Positions 33,837 to 33,976 of a stretch of 33,976 nucleotides of DNA are shown piece by piece (the first letter of the stretch is position 1; every line of letters begins with the position of its first letter). Source of the DNA: Octopus bimaculoides (Eukaryota); contig NC_068993.1 of the NCBI RefSeq assembly GCF_001194135.2, positions 29,797,569-29,831,544 on the forward strand, written 5' to 3'. The notes beneath the pieces are model-generated. The model ran no database searches and was not told the DNA's origin. It saw only the letters and a list, made by a program, of their open reading frames with translations. Position numbers and translations under genes: made by a program.

Positions 33837-33976
33837 ATTTAAATATATATATTTATAAATATATATATATTTATGTAAGAAAAAATAAGTTCAAAAAGAA
33901 CAATTCAAACTTTTTGAAGGATCGAAAAAGAGAGGAAAAATAATTTCCAATAAAAAAATTCATCATATTCGTAAAA

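Overview
AT-rich eukaryotic scaffold with nine N-gaps. It is almost entirely decayed transposons and microsatellites; I found no convincing host gene, rRNA/tRNA gene or CRISPR array. The SINE families and dense (AAT)n/(TA)n tracts look like an octopus or other coleoid cephalopod genome (recognition from memory, not searched). Contents: a near-full-length Tx1/L1-clade LINE; pieces of about five R4/Dong-type restriction-like-endonuclease LINE families, mostly beside TAA repeats; several Penelope-like elements (PLEs), one a near-complete Neptune-type ORF; two mariner remnants; a non-autonomous Helitron; RTE fragments; tRNA-derived SINEs; and a probable solo LTR. Most notable: (1) four type I hammerhead ribozyme folds in PLE-like pseudo-LTR sequence, one inside 59-bp inverted repeats and one with a U3-A8 compensatory core; (2) PLE linkers in which AAT microsatellite is in-frame poly-Asn and may act as a landing pad for TAA-targeting LINEs; (3) a covarying 3' UTR stem-loop shared by four Dong families; (4) a 132-bp insertion with a 50-bp hairpin and a 15-bp target duplication. 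All calls were made by eye, and family names need database confirmation.
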